Assembly: GCA_942493195.1 (NCBI GenBank) | Contig: OW818669.1 | Coordinates: 323,478 to 387,477 of the forward strand | Length of the DNA: 64,000 nt | From: an uncultured Geobacteraceae bacterium | GTDB taxonomy: Bacteria > Desulfobacterota > Desulfuromonadia > Geobacterales > Pseudopelobacteraceae | Direction of reading: 5' to 3' | Shown: positions 55,065 through 64,000 of the stretch, in pieces | Layout of the letters: every line of letters begins with the position of its first letter | How positions within the stretch are numbered: position 1 is the stretch's first letter | The notes under the pieces: generated by a model | Databases searched by the model: none | The model's input: the letters and a program-made list of their open reading frames with translations, nothing else | Told to the model about the DNA's origin: nothing | Program-made: the position numbers and the translations under genes

Positions 55065-56096
55065 GTGCCTATGAAATTCGGAATGAAGATATTTGCGCTG
55101 GCATTTGCTCTGATGATCCCCTGTGTAGCGGTCGCAGCGGAGCAGGAAGAACCGACTATTTACGTTATCAAGCAGGGAGACACACTCTGGGGGCTTTCCG
55201 AGCGTTTCATCAAAGATCCCAATTACTGGCCGAACATGTGGTCGAGAAACAGCCAGATCACCAACCCACATGTGGTGTATCCGGGCCAGAAGGTTCGGAT
55301 TTTCTCCGACCGGATTGAATTTGTTCCGAAGGATGATGTTGTTCTGCCAAAGAAAGCCGCACCTGCACCTGCCCCGGTTGTTACTGCAGAGAATCTGGCT
55401 GAAGTAGCCAAAGAACAGACCTATACCGTGCGCGGCAGTGAGGGTTTTATCCTTGAGACCGGCATGAAACCGGCCGGAACCATCATCAGTATCAATAACA
55501 ACCGCAATATCGCCGGTGATGACGACATTCTCTATACCGATATAGGCCGGGAACGTGGCGTCAGGGGCGGTGAAAAGTTTTCCGTATATCGCAAGGATGG
55601 TATTGTCAGTCATCCGGCCAGTAATGAAATTCTGGGAACCAAGATCACTCCGCTTGGAACTATCCAGCTGACCGATCTTGAAAAGTCTGCTTCCCGCGCC
55701 ATCGTTACCCGTACCAATCAGGAAATCACTCCCGGTTCGTACATCATGCCGGCTCGTGACAACAAGCGTCGTGAGATCCCGCTTAAAATGGCCAGCCGCG
55801 ATCTGAAAGGCTACATCGTTGACAGTTACAGTGGTATCGGCATTATTGCCACCGGTGATGTAGTCTATATCGACCTGGGCAGCAGCCATGGTGCCGAACC
55901 GGGCAATATGCTTTATGTCGTTCGAGACGTTACCATCGATACAACCGCTACAACCGGGTATACCGAGAAGCTCCCCCAGGAACTGCTCGGGGCGCTGGTC
56001 ATTCTGGAAACCGGCAAAAAGACCGCTACGGCACTGGTTGTCAAGAGTATCGACGCCATTTACAAGGGCGACCGGATCGCAACCCAACCAAAATAG
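55065..56096 (+). CDS. LysM domain-containing periplasmic protein
   Basis: Signal peptide, LysM motif (YVIKQGDTLWGLSERF…YPGQKV), and C-terminal beta-rich domains. Confidence 0.7.
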   Translation: MPMKFGMKIFALAFALMIPCVAVAAEQEEPTIYVIKQGDTLWGLSERFIKDPNYWPNMWSRNSQITNPHVVYPGQKVRIFSDRIEFVPKDDVVLPKKAAPAPAPVVTAENLAEVAKEQTYTVRGSEGFILETGMKPAGTIISINNNRNIAGDDDILYTDIGRERGVRGGEKFSVYRKDGIVSHPASNEILGTKITPLGTIQLTDLEKSASRAIVTRTNQEITPGSYIMPARDNKRREIPLKMASRDLKGYIVDSYSGIGIIATGDVVYIDLGSSHGAEPGNMLYVVRDVTIDTTATTGYTEKLPQELLGALVILETGKKTATALVVKSIDAIYKGDRIATQPK

Positions 56097-56143
56097 CAGC
56101 GATTGAATATCACCAAAAAGACCGGCCTGTTGCCGGTCTTTTT

Positions 56144-57259
56144 TTGTCATCACCAGTTAGGTATTCCATGGAAGATTTTTTCTGGATAGGTCTCAAGGCG
56201 GTTCCCGGTATCGGAAATGTTACTTTCCGTCGTATCCTTGAGCATTTCGAAACGCCCGAAGCGGCGCTGAGGGCTTCAGATTCAGCGTTTGCACGGATTA
56301 AAGGCTTGTCACCGGCTGTTATACAGGGGGTCACCAGTGGTTCCTGGCAGCGCTTTGCCGAGGATGAATGCAAACGCCTCTCGGCAAGTTCGGCACGTCT
56401 GGTGACCTATACCTCCTGCGACTATCCCAAGTCACTGTTCGAGATTCCCGATCCGCCCCCGTTTCTGTACGTCAAAGGTACGCTCGACAGCTGTGACCGT
56501 TCCATTGCCATTGTTGGTTCCCGGCGGGCAACATCTTATGGATTGCTGACAACCGGCAAGCTGGCTGAAGAACTTGCCAGTCACCGGGTGTGCGTTGTGT
56601 CGGGTATGGCCCGTGGAGTAGACACAGCGGCTCACAAGGGCGCTTTGAAGATGGGGGGCAGAAGTGTCGGTGTACTGGGGTGCGGCGTCGACAAGGTTTA
56701 CCCCCCTGAAAACCGGAAGCTTTTTGATGAGATGGCTCAGCAGGGCTGCCTGGTCTCCGAGTTCCCTCTTGGTACCCTGCCTCTGGCAGAGAACTTCCCG
56801 CGGCGCAACCGGATCATCAGCGGGCTTTCCCGGGGTGTGCTGGTGGTTGAGGCTGCCGAGAACAGCGGTTCATTGATAACCGCCCAGTATGCACTTGAAC
56901 ATGGCCGCGACGTCTTTGCCGTGCCGGGCAATATTTCCTTCGCCACCAGTCGAGGTAGCAACCGCCTGATCAAGCAGGGTGCCAAGCTGGTCGATTGCGT
57001 GGAGGATATTCTGGAAGAGCTTTCAGGCGGGAGCGGTGCCGCTGGTGAAGCCCCCCTGTTTCAGCCGCAGCCGCGCAGCTTTGCCCTTACACCTAAAGAG
57101 GCCGCCATCTATGAGCTGCTGGCACGCACTCCGCTGCATATCGACGACATCATCGCCCAAACTGAATTGACAGCCGGCGAGGTTTCCTCTATGTTACTGC
57201 ACCTTGAACTCAAGGGGGCGGTTACGCCCCTGCCCGGCACCCACTACGCCATTACATAG
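56144..57259 (+). CDS. dprA: DNA-processing protein DprA (Smf)
   Basis: 371 aa. Rossmann-like DprA core (IAIVGSRRATSYG…VVSGMARGVDTAAHKGAL…GTLPLAENFPRRNRIISGLS) and a C-terminal WH domain. Upstream of topA, as is commonly seen. Confidence 0.9.
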   Translation: MSSPVRYSMEDFFWIGLKAVPGIGNVTFRRILEHFETPEAALRASDSAFARIKGLSPAVIQGVTSGSWQRFAEDECKRLSASSARLVTYTSCDYPKSLFEIPDPPPFLYVKGTLDSCDRSIAIVGSRRATSYGLLTTGKLAEELASHRVCVVSGMARGVDTAAHKGALKMGGRSVGVLGCGVDKVYPPENRKLFDEMAQQGCLVSEFPLGTLPLAENFPRRNRIISGLSRGVLVVEAAENSGSLITAQYALEHGRDVFAVPGNISFATSRGSNRLIKQGAKLVDCVEDILEELSGGSGAAGEAPLFQPQPRSFALTPKEAAIYELLARTPLHIDDIIAQTELTAGEVSSMLLHLELKGAVTPLPGTHYAIT

Positions 57260-57295
57260 ATACATACTACATTTCAAGAGGATACAAACCCTATT

Positions 57296-59620
57296 ATGTC
57301 GCGGAATCTCGTAATCGTAGAATCGCCTGCCAAGGCGAAAACCATCGAAAAATTTCTCGGTCCGGACTACAAGGTCCTGGCTTCTTTCGGCCACGTCCGT
57401 GCATTGCCCAGCAAGCAGGGTTCAGTGGATATCGAAAAGAATTTTGAACCCAAGTATCACGTTCTGCCGGAGAGCAAGAAACATATCGATGCCATCAAGA
57501 AGGCCCTCAAAGATGCAACCCATCTGCTCCTGGCAACCGACCCCGACCGTGAAGGAGAGGCCATTTCCTGGCACCTGCTGGCGGCCCTCGGGCTGGATAA
57601 AAAGAAACCTGGTATTGTGATTCAGCGGGTAGTGTTCCATGAGATCACCAAGGATGCCATTATTCATGCGGTCCAGAATCCGCGAGATATAGCCGGAGAG
57701 TTGGTGGATGCGCAGCAGGCCCGTTCAGTTCTGGATTATCTGGTTGGTTTCAACCTGTCTCCGTTTTTGTGGAAGAAGATCCGTTACGGCCTGTCGGCCG
57801 GCCGGGTCCAATCGGTTGCCCTGCGTCTGGTCTGCGAACGTGAGAAAGAGATTCAGGCTTTTGTGGAACAGGAGTACTGGACTATTGCTGCTCGTCTGGG
57901 TATCGCTCCGGGGCAGGAGTTCAAAGCAGGCTTGGTGGATGTGGGTGGCAAGCGTCTGGGCAAGTTTGATATACCCGGTGAGGATGTTGCCACTGGACTG
58001 AAGAAAGCCCTGCAATCGGGTTGCTACAAGGTTGCGCGCATTACCAAGACGGAGAAAAAACGCAACCCGTCACCGCCGTTTACTACCTCGACCCTGCAAC
58101 AGGAAGCTTCCCGTAAGCTGGGCTTTTCAGCCAAGAAAACCATGTCAACCGCTCAGAAATTGTACGAGGGTATCGATATCGGCGCCGAGGGAACGGTCGG
58201 TCTGATCACTTACATGCGTACCGATAGCGTCAACCTGTCTAATCAGGCGTTGACTGAGGCCCACGATGTCATCTCGGCCGTTTATGGCAAAGAGTACGCC
58301 CTGGCCAAACCCCGCATTTTCAAGACCAAGACAAAAAATGCCCAGGAAGCTCATGAAGCGGTACGTCCGACCTATATCGCCAAGACACCGACGGAGCTGA
58401 AAAAGTATCTTAGCCCTGATCTGCACAAGCTGTACGAGCTGATCTGGAAACGCACCGTGGCCTGCCAGATGGCCGAGGCTCTGCTGGATCAGACGTCTGT
58501 CGATATATCCGCGGAGCTGGACGCACCGCTGGCCGCCGAACCGTTCGCCGGCGCCAAAGCCTGTGGTCTGCGTGCCGCCGGTACGGTCATCCGTTTCCCC
58601 GGTTTTATGAAACTGTACATCGAAGGTCTGGATGATCAGGACGAGGAAAAAGAGGGGTTGTTGCCTGCCATGACGGAAGGGGCCGCGCTGAAACTGCACG
58701 AGCTTCTGCCGGAACAGCATTTTACCCAGCCGCCGCCGCGTTATACGGAAGCGACACTGGTCAAGACTCTGGAAGAGTACGGCATCGGCCGCCCCTCCAC
58801 CTACGCCTCGATTATGAATACCCTGGTAGAGCGCAAATATGCCCGCCTGGACAAGAAGCGTTTCTTCCCGGAAGACGTGGGGATGGTGGTCAGCGATCTG
58901 CTGGTGGCCCATTTTTCCCAGTATGTCGATTACAACTTCACCGCCGGGCTGGAGGAAGAGCTGGATCAGGTTTCCCGTGGCGAGACCCAGTGGAAGCCGC
59001 TCCTGAAAAAATTCTGGGAGCCCTTCATCGGCTTGCTCAAACAGAAGGATGGCGAGGTGCAGAAATCGGACCTGACCACTGAGGCAACGGATGAGAAATG
59101 TCCTGAGTGCGGCCAGCCGCTGGTAGTCAAACTGGGCAAGCGCGGCAAGTTCATCGCCTGTTCCGGTTTCAAGGAAGGGTGCAAATATACCCGCAACGTC
59201 GATGGCGACAAGGATGCGGAAGCAAGCGAACCGGTCGTCTCCGAGGAGAAATGTGAAAAGTGCGGCGCCGCTATGCTGATCAAGGATGGCCGCTTCGGCA
59301 AATATCTGGCCTGTTCCGGCTACCCGGCCTGCAAAAATATCCAGCCGCTGATCAAGCCGCGCAGTACCGGCGTGGCCTGTCCGGAGTGCAATGAAGGCGA
59401 GCTGACGGAGAAAAAATCCCGCTACGGGAAGATGTTTTTCTCCTGCAACCGCTATCCCCAGTGCAAGTTTGCCGTGTGGGATCCACCGGTGCCGCGCCCC
59501 TGTCCAAAGTGCGGTTTCCCGCTGCTGATCAAGCGGAACCTCAAACGCGAGGGTGAGTTCCTCAAGTGCCCCAAAGAGGGGTGTGACTTCAAAGAGGGCG
59601 GCAAGGTAAAGGAATCTTGA
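57296..59620 (+). CDS. topA: DNA topoisomerase I with C-terminal zinc ribbons
   Basis: 774 aa. TOPRIM ([13 protein letters not shown]…, [12 protein letters not shown]), the active-site Tyr region ([10 protein letters not shown]), and three C4 zinc ribbons (CPECGQ…, CEKCGA…, CPECNEG…, CPKCG). Confidence 0.95.
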   Translation: MSRNLVIVESPAKAKTIEKFLGPDYKVLASFGHVRALPSKQGSVDIEKNFEPKYHVLPESKKHIDAIKKALKDATHLLLATDPDREGEAISWHLLAALGLDKKKPGIVIQRVVFHEITKDAIIHAVQNPRDIAGELVDAQQARSVLDYLVGFNLSPFLWKKIRYGLSAGRVQSVALRLVCEREKEIQAFVEQEYWTIAARLGIAPGQEFKAGLVDVGGKRLGKFDIPGEDVATGLKKALQSGCYKVARITKTEKKRNPSPPFTTSTLQQEASRKLGFSAKKTMSTAQKLYEGIDIGAEGTVGLITYMRTDSVNLSNQALTEAHDVISAVYGKEYALAKPRIFKTKTKNAQEAHEAVRPTYIAKTPTELKKYLSPDLHKLYELIWKRTVACQMAEALLDQTSVDISAELDAPLAAEPFAGAKACGLRAAGTVIRFPGFMKLYIEGLDDQDEEKEGLLPAMTEGAALKLHELLPEQHFTQPPPRYTEATLVKTLEEYGIGRPSTYASIMNTLVERKYARLDKKRFFPEDVGMVVSDLLVAHFSQYVDYNFTAGLEEELDQVSRGETQWKPLLKKFWEPFIGLLKQKDGEVQKSDLTTEATDEKCPECGQPLVVKLGKRGKFIACSGFKEGCKYTRNVDGDKDAEASEPVVSEEKCEKCGAAMLIKDGRFGKYLACSGYPACKNIQPLIKPRSTGVACPECNEGELTEKKSRYGKMFFSCNRYPQCKFAVWDPPVPRPCPKCGFPLLIKRNLKREGEFLKCPKEGCDFKEGGKVKES

Positions 59621-60924
59621 AAACACTTACAATCATCGGCGCAGGGCTGGCGGGCTGTGAAGCAGCCTGGCAGGCGGCACAGCGAGGGGTTCCCGTTGTG
59701 CTTCACGAGATGAAACCTGAAAAGTCTTCGCCAGCCCATCACCTTCCCGGTCTGGCTGAATTGGTCTGCTCCAATTCTCTGCGGGGCGATTCGCTGGATA
59801 ATGCCGTTGGTCTGCTGAAAGAGGAACTGCGGCGTTGCTCTTCCCTGATCATGGAGGCAGCCCAGGCTACCCGTGTCCCGGCCGGAGGGGCTCTGGCGGT
59901 CGACCGCCAACTGTTCTCCGAGTATGTCACCGCCAAAATCAGCACTCACCCTCAGATACGAGTCGTGAATGGTGAGGTGACGGAGATTCCGCAGGAAGGA
60001 ACTGTCATTATCGCCTCCGGACCGCTCACCAGTGATTCCCTGGCGGCTTCCCTGACGGCGCTCACCGGAGACCGCCTTTATTTCTACGATGCCATTGCCC
60101 CGATTGTATCCGCCGAATCCCTTGATATGAACAAAATCTTCGCCGCATCCCGTTATGGTAAGGGTGATGGTGACGATTATCTCAACTGCCCCCTGGACAA
60201 AGAGGAGTATCTCCGTTTTGTTGAAGAGCTGAACGGTGCCGAAAAGGTTCCAAGCCGCGATTTTGAGAAGATTGTCCATTTTGAAGGGTGTATGCCGGTG
60301 GAAACCCTGGCCGAGCGCGGTACGGATACGCTGCGTTTCGGACCAATGAAGCCGGTTGGGTTGACTGATCCCCGCACCGGAGTCGATCCCCACGCCGTGA
60401 TTCAGCTGCGGGCTGAAAACCGGGAAAAAACCATGTTTAACCTTGTCGGTTTCCAGACCAAGCTGACCTATGGTGAACAGCGCCGCGTTTTTCGCATGAT
60501 TCCGGGATTGGAACAGGCCGAATTTGTTCGTTTGGGCTCCATGCATCGCAACACCTTTATCAATTCTCCAACGCTGCTGCTTCCAACCCAGCAGCTCACA
60601 TCCGATCCGCGTATTTACTTTGCCGGCCAGATCACCGGTGTGGAGGGGTACGTGGAATCTGCCGCCAGTGGCTTCCTGGCCGGGGTCTCGGCGGCGGCTT
60701 TGATTACACGGGGGGAACCGGTCGCCGTCCCGGCTCCCGTAACAGCGCTGGGGGCCCTGATGGCCCACATCACAAATGCCGATGCCCGTCATTTTCAACC
60801 GATGAATGTCAACTACGGATTGTTTCCCGAACTGCCCGGCCGTGTTCACAAGAAGGAAAAGCGTCCAAAGTTGGCCGAACGGGCTTTGCAGGCCCTTGAA
60901 GAGTGGCGGACAGATCTTGCTTGA
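59617..60924 (+). CDS. trmFO: methylenetetrahydrofolate--tRNA-(uracil54-C5)-methyltransferase
   Basis: 435 aa. TTG start overlapping the topA stop. FAD fold [14 protein letters not shown], GidA-like core, and the conserved C-terminus. Confidence 0.9.
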   Translation: MKTLTIIGAGLAGCEAAWQAAQRGVPVVLHEMKPEKSSPAHHLPGLAELVCSNSLRGDSLDNAVGLLKEELRRCSSLIMEAAQATRVPAGGALAVDRQLFSEYVTAKISTHPQIRVVNGEVTEIPQEGTVIIASGPLTSDSLAASLTALTGDRLYFYDAIAPIVSAESLDMNKIFAASRYGKGDGDDYLNCPLDKEEYLRFVEELNGAEKVPSRDFEKIVHFEGCMPVETLAERGTDTLRFGPMKPVGLTDPRTGVDPHAVIQLRAENREKTMFNLVGFQTKLTYGEQRRVFRMIPGLEQAEFVRLGSMHRNTFINSPTLLLPTQQLTSDPRIYFAGQITGVEGYVESAASGFLAGVSAAALITRGEPVAVPAPVTALGALMAHITNADARHFQPMNVNYGLFPELPGRVHKKEKRPKLAERALQALEEWRTDLA

Positions 60925-61795
60925 TCCGGCCGCCCTTACCAGCCTTTACAGCGGTAACGGCTGTCTGAATCCCGAAGCAGTCACATTCTTCCAACAGGCG
61001 ATTTATTCCCGCTATTATTTCAATCCGCGTCCTATGCCGTGGCGCGAAACCCGTGATCCCTACCGGATTCTCGTCTCAGAAGTCATGCTCCAGCAGACCC
61101 AGGTGGAGCGGGTCAAACCCAAGTATTCCCAATTTCTAGCACTGTTTCCCACCGCATCGGATCTGGCTTCGGCATCGTTGGCTGAGGTACTTCATGCTTG
61201 GCAGGGTCTGGGCTACAATCGGCGTGCTGTTGCTCTCAAACGGTGTACTGAGGAAATTCAGGACCGTTTCAACGGCTGCTTTCCCACCACGATTCATGAG
61301 CTGGAGTCCCTGCCCGGTATTGGACACTATACTGCCAGGGCAGTGGCTGCCTTTGCGTTTGAAATTCCTGAAGCATTCATTGAAACCAATATTCGTACAG
61401 TATTTATTCATTTCTTTTTTCATGGCCGGGAAGGTGTTCATGATCGGGAAATCATGCCGCTGGTATTGTTGACACTTGATCGAAACAAGCCGCGGGAATG
61501 GTACTACGCCTTAATGGATTTCGGGGTTCAGCTAAAACAGCTGTATCCCAACCCCAACCGCAGGAGCAGGCATCACGTGCCGCAATCAAAATTCGAGGGT
61601 TCGAACCGTCAACTGAGAAGCCGTATGTTACGGGCGGTGCTGGAGAGTCCGGGAATTTCAGTATGTGATCTTGTAGAGATTCTTGCTGCTGAAAGAGGCG
61701 CTGTGGAGAGAAATCTTGCGGCCATGGAGCGCGAAGGCTTTTTATGCCGAACCGGTGACCGCTACCAGGTTGTGGCGGACACACAAAAGGGGTAA
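60917..61795 (+). CDS. HhH-GPD superfamily DNA glycosylase (MutY/Nth-like) without the 4Fe-4S cluster loop, with C-terminal winged-helix-like tail
   Basis: …[16 protein letters not shown]…[10 protein letters not shown]… and the HhH motif [12 protein letters not shown]. No Cx6Cx2Cx5C is present. Putative TTG start overlaps the trmFO stop by 8 bp; the first ATG gives MPWRET at about 61035. Confidence 0.55.
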   Translation: MLDPAALTSLYSGNGCLNPEAVTFFQQAIYSRYYFNPRPMPWRETRDPYRILVSEVMLQQTQVERVKPKYSQFLALFPTASDLASASLAEVLHAWQGLGYNRRAVALKRCTEEIQDRFNGCFPTTIHELESLPGIGHYTARAVAAFAFEIPEAFIETNIRTVFIHFFFHGREGVHDREIMPLVLLTLDRNKPREWYYALMDFGVQLKQLYPNPNRRSRHHVPQSKFEGSNRQLRSRMLRAVLESPGISVCDLVEILAAERGAVERNLAAMEREGFLCRTGDRYQVVADTQKG

Positions 61796-61840
61796 CGCAT
61801 TTGCGCTACCCCTTTGAGTTTCAACTATGAGACTGAGTTT

Positions 61841-62104
61841 CTACTTGTGGCATTCCTTGCAGGATGTAGGTCCCTTTTTGTTGTCTGAGTGGCAGCCCTT
61901 GCAAGTCTTGTGGGCCATATCCTTACCGAAGCCTTCAATCTTGCCGCCGGCAGGTTTAGAATGGCACTTGGTACAGTCTTTCAATGCTTCCTGATGCGCC
62001 TTGTGGTTGAACTTTACACCTTTTTTCATTTCAATGATGTCGGCGGCACAAACGGTTCCGGCAAATGCTACTACTGCAATCATGGCTACGATCATTCTTT
62101 TCAT
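61841..62104 (-). CDS. ppcA: periplasmic triheme cytochrome c7 (PpcA family)
   Basis: Signal peptide plus a 68-aa mature domain. ADIIEMKKGVKFNHKAHQEALKDCTKCH…KIEGFGKDMAHKTCKGCH…KKGPTSCKECHK matches the PpcA pattern closely, with three CXXCH sites. Confidence 0.85.
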   Translation of the reverse strand: MKRMIVAMIAVVAFAGTVCAADIIEMKKGVKFNHKAHQEALKDCTKCHSKPAGGKIEGFGKDMAHKTCKGCHSDNKKGPTSCKECHK

Positions 62105-62385
62105 TGTTTCTTCTCCTTTTGGATAATGTGCCAGCAAAGCGGGCTGATTTAAACTTTGTGATCAGGAGGATACACATCCCGTGCCAATCGGGTTAAAATG
62201 TGCATGACTCTGATTTTAATAAGCTATTCTTCGCCAGCCCTGAATTCCAAAACAGAATTAACCCCAATTGAGGCATTCTGTTGTTCTTTTGGGATAGCAC
62301 CACTCGGTCTTGAAAAACCTTGTCCCCGCATACCCCTTCATGTAACATTCGCTACAACACCACATACACAAACGGAGGATTCAGC

Positions 62386-62826
62386 ATGAGTCGTTTTCAA
62401 GACAGACGGGGTTTTACACTGATAGAGATTATGGTAGTCATCGTCATACTGGCCATGTTGGCGGCGCTGGTCGGACCGAAACTGATGGGGCGCGCCGATG
62501 ATGCCAAGGTTCAGACGACCCGGACGCAGATTGGCAATATCGAGTCAGCACTCAAGCTGTACAAGCTGGACAATGGTGTCTATCCGGCGACAGAGCAGGG
62601 TCTCAATGCCCTGGTGGCCAAGCCGACGGTTGGTGTCATACCGAAGAACTATAAGGAAGGCGGCTACCTCGAAAAGAAGCAGGTTCCCAAGGATGCCTGG
62701 GGTAACGATTACCTGTATGTGTCGCCCGGAGAACATGGGGACTACGACCTCTTTTCCTATGGTGTTGACGGCGCCAAAGGGGGCGAGGGGAAAAACGCCG
62801 ACATAACCAGCTGGGAAACAAAATAA
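62386..62826 (+). CDS. gspG: type II secretion major pseudopilin GspG (OxpG-like)
   Basis: Class III leader and N-methylation site ([24 protein letters not shown]), then the GspG core (…[17 protein letters not shown]…GYL…DAWGNDYLY…[12 protein letters not shown]). Confidence 0.8.
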   Translation: MSRFQDRRGFTLIEIMVVIVILAMLAALVGPKLMGRADDAKVQTTRTQIGNIESALKLYKLDNGVYPATEQGLNALVAKPTVGVIPKNYKEGGYLEKKQVPKDAWGNDYLYVSPGEHGDYDLFSYGVDGAKGGEGKNADITSWETK

Positions 62827-62966
62827 CCCTGTTCAATAGATTCTTGTTGTTATTTTGGAAATCTGCGCTATAGTCTGACCCTGTAACCTGTTATTTTTAT
62901 TATGAATAAACGTTTTTAGCGAGTCTAAACCGCATAAGCGTTATCTACTACAGAGGAGGCAGCACA

Positions 62967-64000
62967 ATGGCGCAGAAGTTCGTGTATTTCTTTGGGAATG
63001 GCCAGGCGGAAGGCCGGGCAGACATGAAGAACCTGCTGGGTGGCAAAGGGGCCAATCTGGCAGAAATGTCCAGCATCGGCCTGCCGGTTCCCCCGGGATT
63101 TACCATTACTACCGAGGTCTGTACCGAGTTTTACAAGAACAACCAGCAGTATCCCCAATCTCTGACCGCAGAAGTTGCCGAAAATCTCCAGAAAATCGAA
63201 AATCTGATGGGCAAGAAATTTGGCGATGCCACGAACCCTCTGCTGGTCTCTGTCCGTTCCGGTGCCCGGGCCTCCATGCCGGGTATGATGGATACGGTGC
63301 TCAACCTGGGACTCAACGACATCACTGTACAGGGTATTATTGCCCAGAGCGGTGATGAACGTTTTGCCTATGATGCTTATCGCCGGTTTGTACAGATGTA
63401 CTCCGACGTGGTCATGGGGATGGAGAAGGATATTCTCGATCACCTGCTAGAGCAGAAGAAAGAACAGAAGGGTGTCCACCTGGATACGGATCTGAGCGCC
63501 GGCGACTGGAAGGATCTGGTTGCGGCATTCAAGGCGGCCATTCAGCAGGAACTGGGCAAGCCCTTTCCGGAAGATCCCCAGGAGCAGTTGTGGGGTGCCA
63601 TTGGTGCTGTTTTCGGTTCCTGGATGAATCAGCGCGCCATCACCTACCGCCGCCTTAACAGTATCCCGGCCGAGTGGGGCACCGCTGTCAATGTTCAGTC
63701 GATGGTGTTCGGCAACATGGGCAGCGACTGCGCTACTGGCGTCGCGTTTACCCGCGATCCTTCCACCGGCGAAAACTACTTCTACGGTGAATTCCTGGTG
63801 AACGCCCAGGGTGAGGATGTCGTGGCCGGTATCCGCACTCCCCAGCCGATCAACCGGGTCAAGGACAAGGATGGTTCCCTGCCTTCCATGGAGGAGGTCA
63901 TGCCGGAGTGTTACGGTCAGCTGGTCAAGATCCGTGAGATTCTGGAGCAGCACTACAAAGATATGCAGGATATCGAGTTCACTATTGAGACAGGTGTGCT
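62967..64000 (+). CDS. ppdK: pyruvate, phosphate dikinase (N-terminal part; 3' end runs past the window edge)
   Basis: [52 protein letters not shown]… is the canonical PPDK N-terminal nucleotide-binding domain. Confidence 0.9.
   Translation, partial: MAQKFVYFFGNGQAEGRADMKNLLGGKGANLAEMSSIGLPVPPGFTITTEVCTEFYKNNQQYPQSLTAEVAENLQKIENLMGKKFGDATNPLLVSVRSGARASMPGMMDTVLNLGLNDITVQGIIAQSGDERFAYDAYRRFVQMYSDVVMGMEKDILDHLLEQKKEQKGVHLDTDLSAGDWKDLVAAFKAAIQQELGKPFPEDPQEQLWGAIGAVFGSWMNQRAITYRRLNSIPAEWGTAVNVQSMVFGNMGSDCATGVAFTRDPSTGENYFYGEFLVNAQGEDVVAGIRTPQPINRVKDKDGSLPSMEEVMPECYGQLVKIREILEQHYKDMQDIEFTIETGV

Overview
This is a high-GC chromosomal window, mostly housekeeping, from a Geobacter/Desulfuromonas-type deltaproteobacterium. 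That assignment is an inference from a PpcA-type triheme cytochrome c7, a porin-cytochrome (Pcc) gene trio, type IV pilus genes and sigma-54 regulators. Gene content, in order along the window: a DevBCA/MacAB-like tripartite ABC exporter; a WG-repeat lipoprotein; a paralogous system-II cytochrome c synthetase set (ResB-like, CcsA, ResB); a porin, octaheme cytochrome and ~10-heme lipoprotein cytochrome trio resembling ombB-omaB-omcB; fmdB, metV-metF and galU; polB; peroxiredoxin; a sigma-54 activator with an amidohydrolase; a 1150-aa LplT-PlsC-Aas tri-domain fusion followed by plsY; a membrane-protein neighbourhood (zinc-ribbon/DUF898-like, M48 peptidase, DUF5684-like, and a giant SPFH/flotillin-like protein with tandem 74-aa repeats); a small AT-rich islet carrying parDE; atl-pcnB; glpK-glpA; mogA-moaC; pilT preceded by a PilB/GspE-like pseudo-ATPase; dnaB; a low-GC RhuM-Fic islet; arnB-arnT-U32 peptidase; cpoB; LysM protein; dprA-topA-trmFO-glycosylase; ppcA-like c7; an orphan gspG; and the start of ppdK. 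No rRNA, tRNA or CRISPR array was recognised. Beyond the genes, the most striking structure is two dispersed repeat families. One is a 164-bp MITE-like or structured-RNA element present twice. The other is a GC-rich palindromic REP-like element present three times, one copy of which sits in-frame inside the aas fusion CDS. There is also a perfect 34-bp palindrome at a GC-content boundary. A single atypical CX4CH heme site in the large outer-membrane cytochrome lies next to the dedicated cytochrome c synthetase paralogues. All functional calls are by eye from the supplied translations and motifs; no database search was possible.
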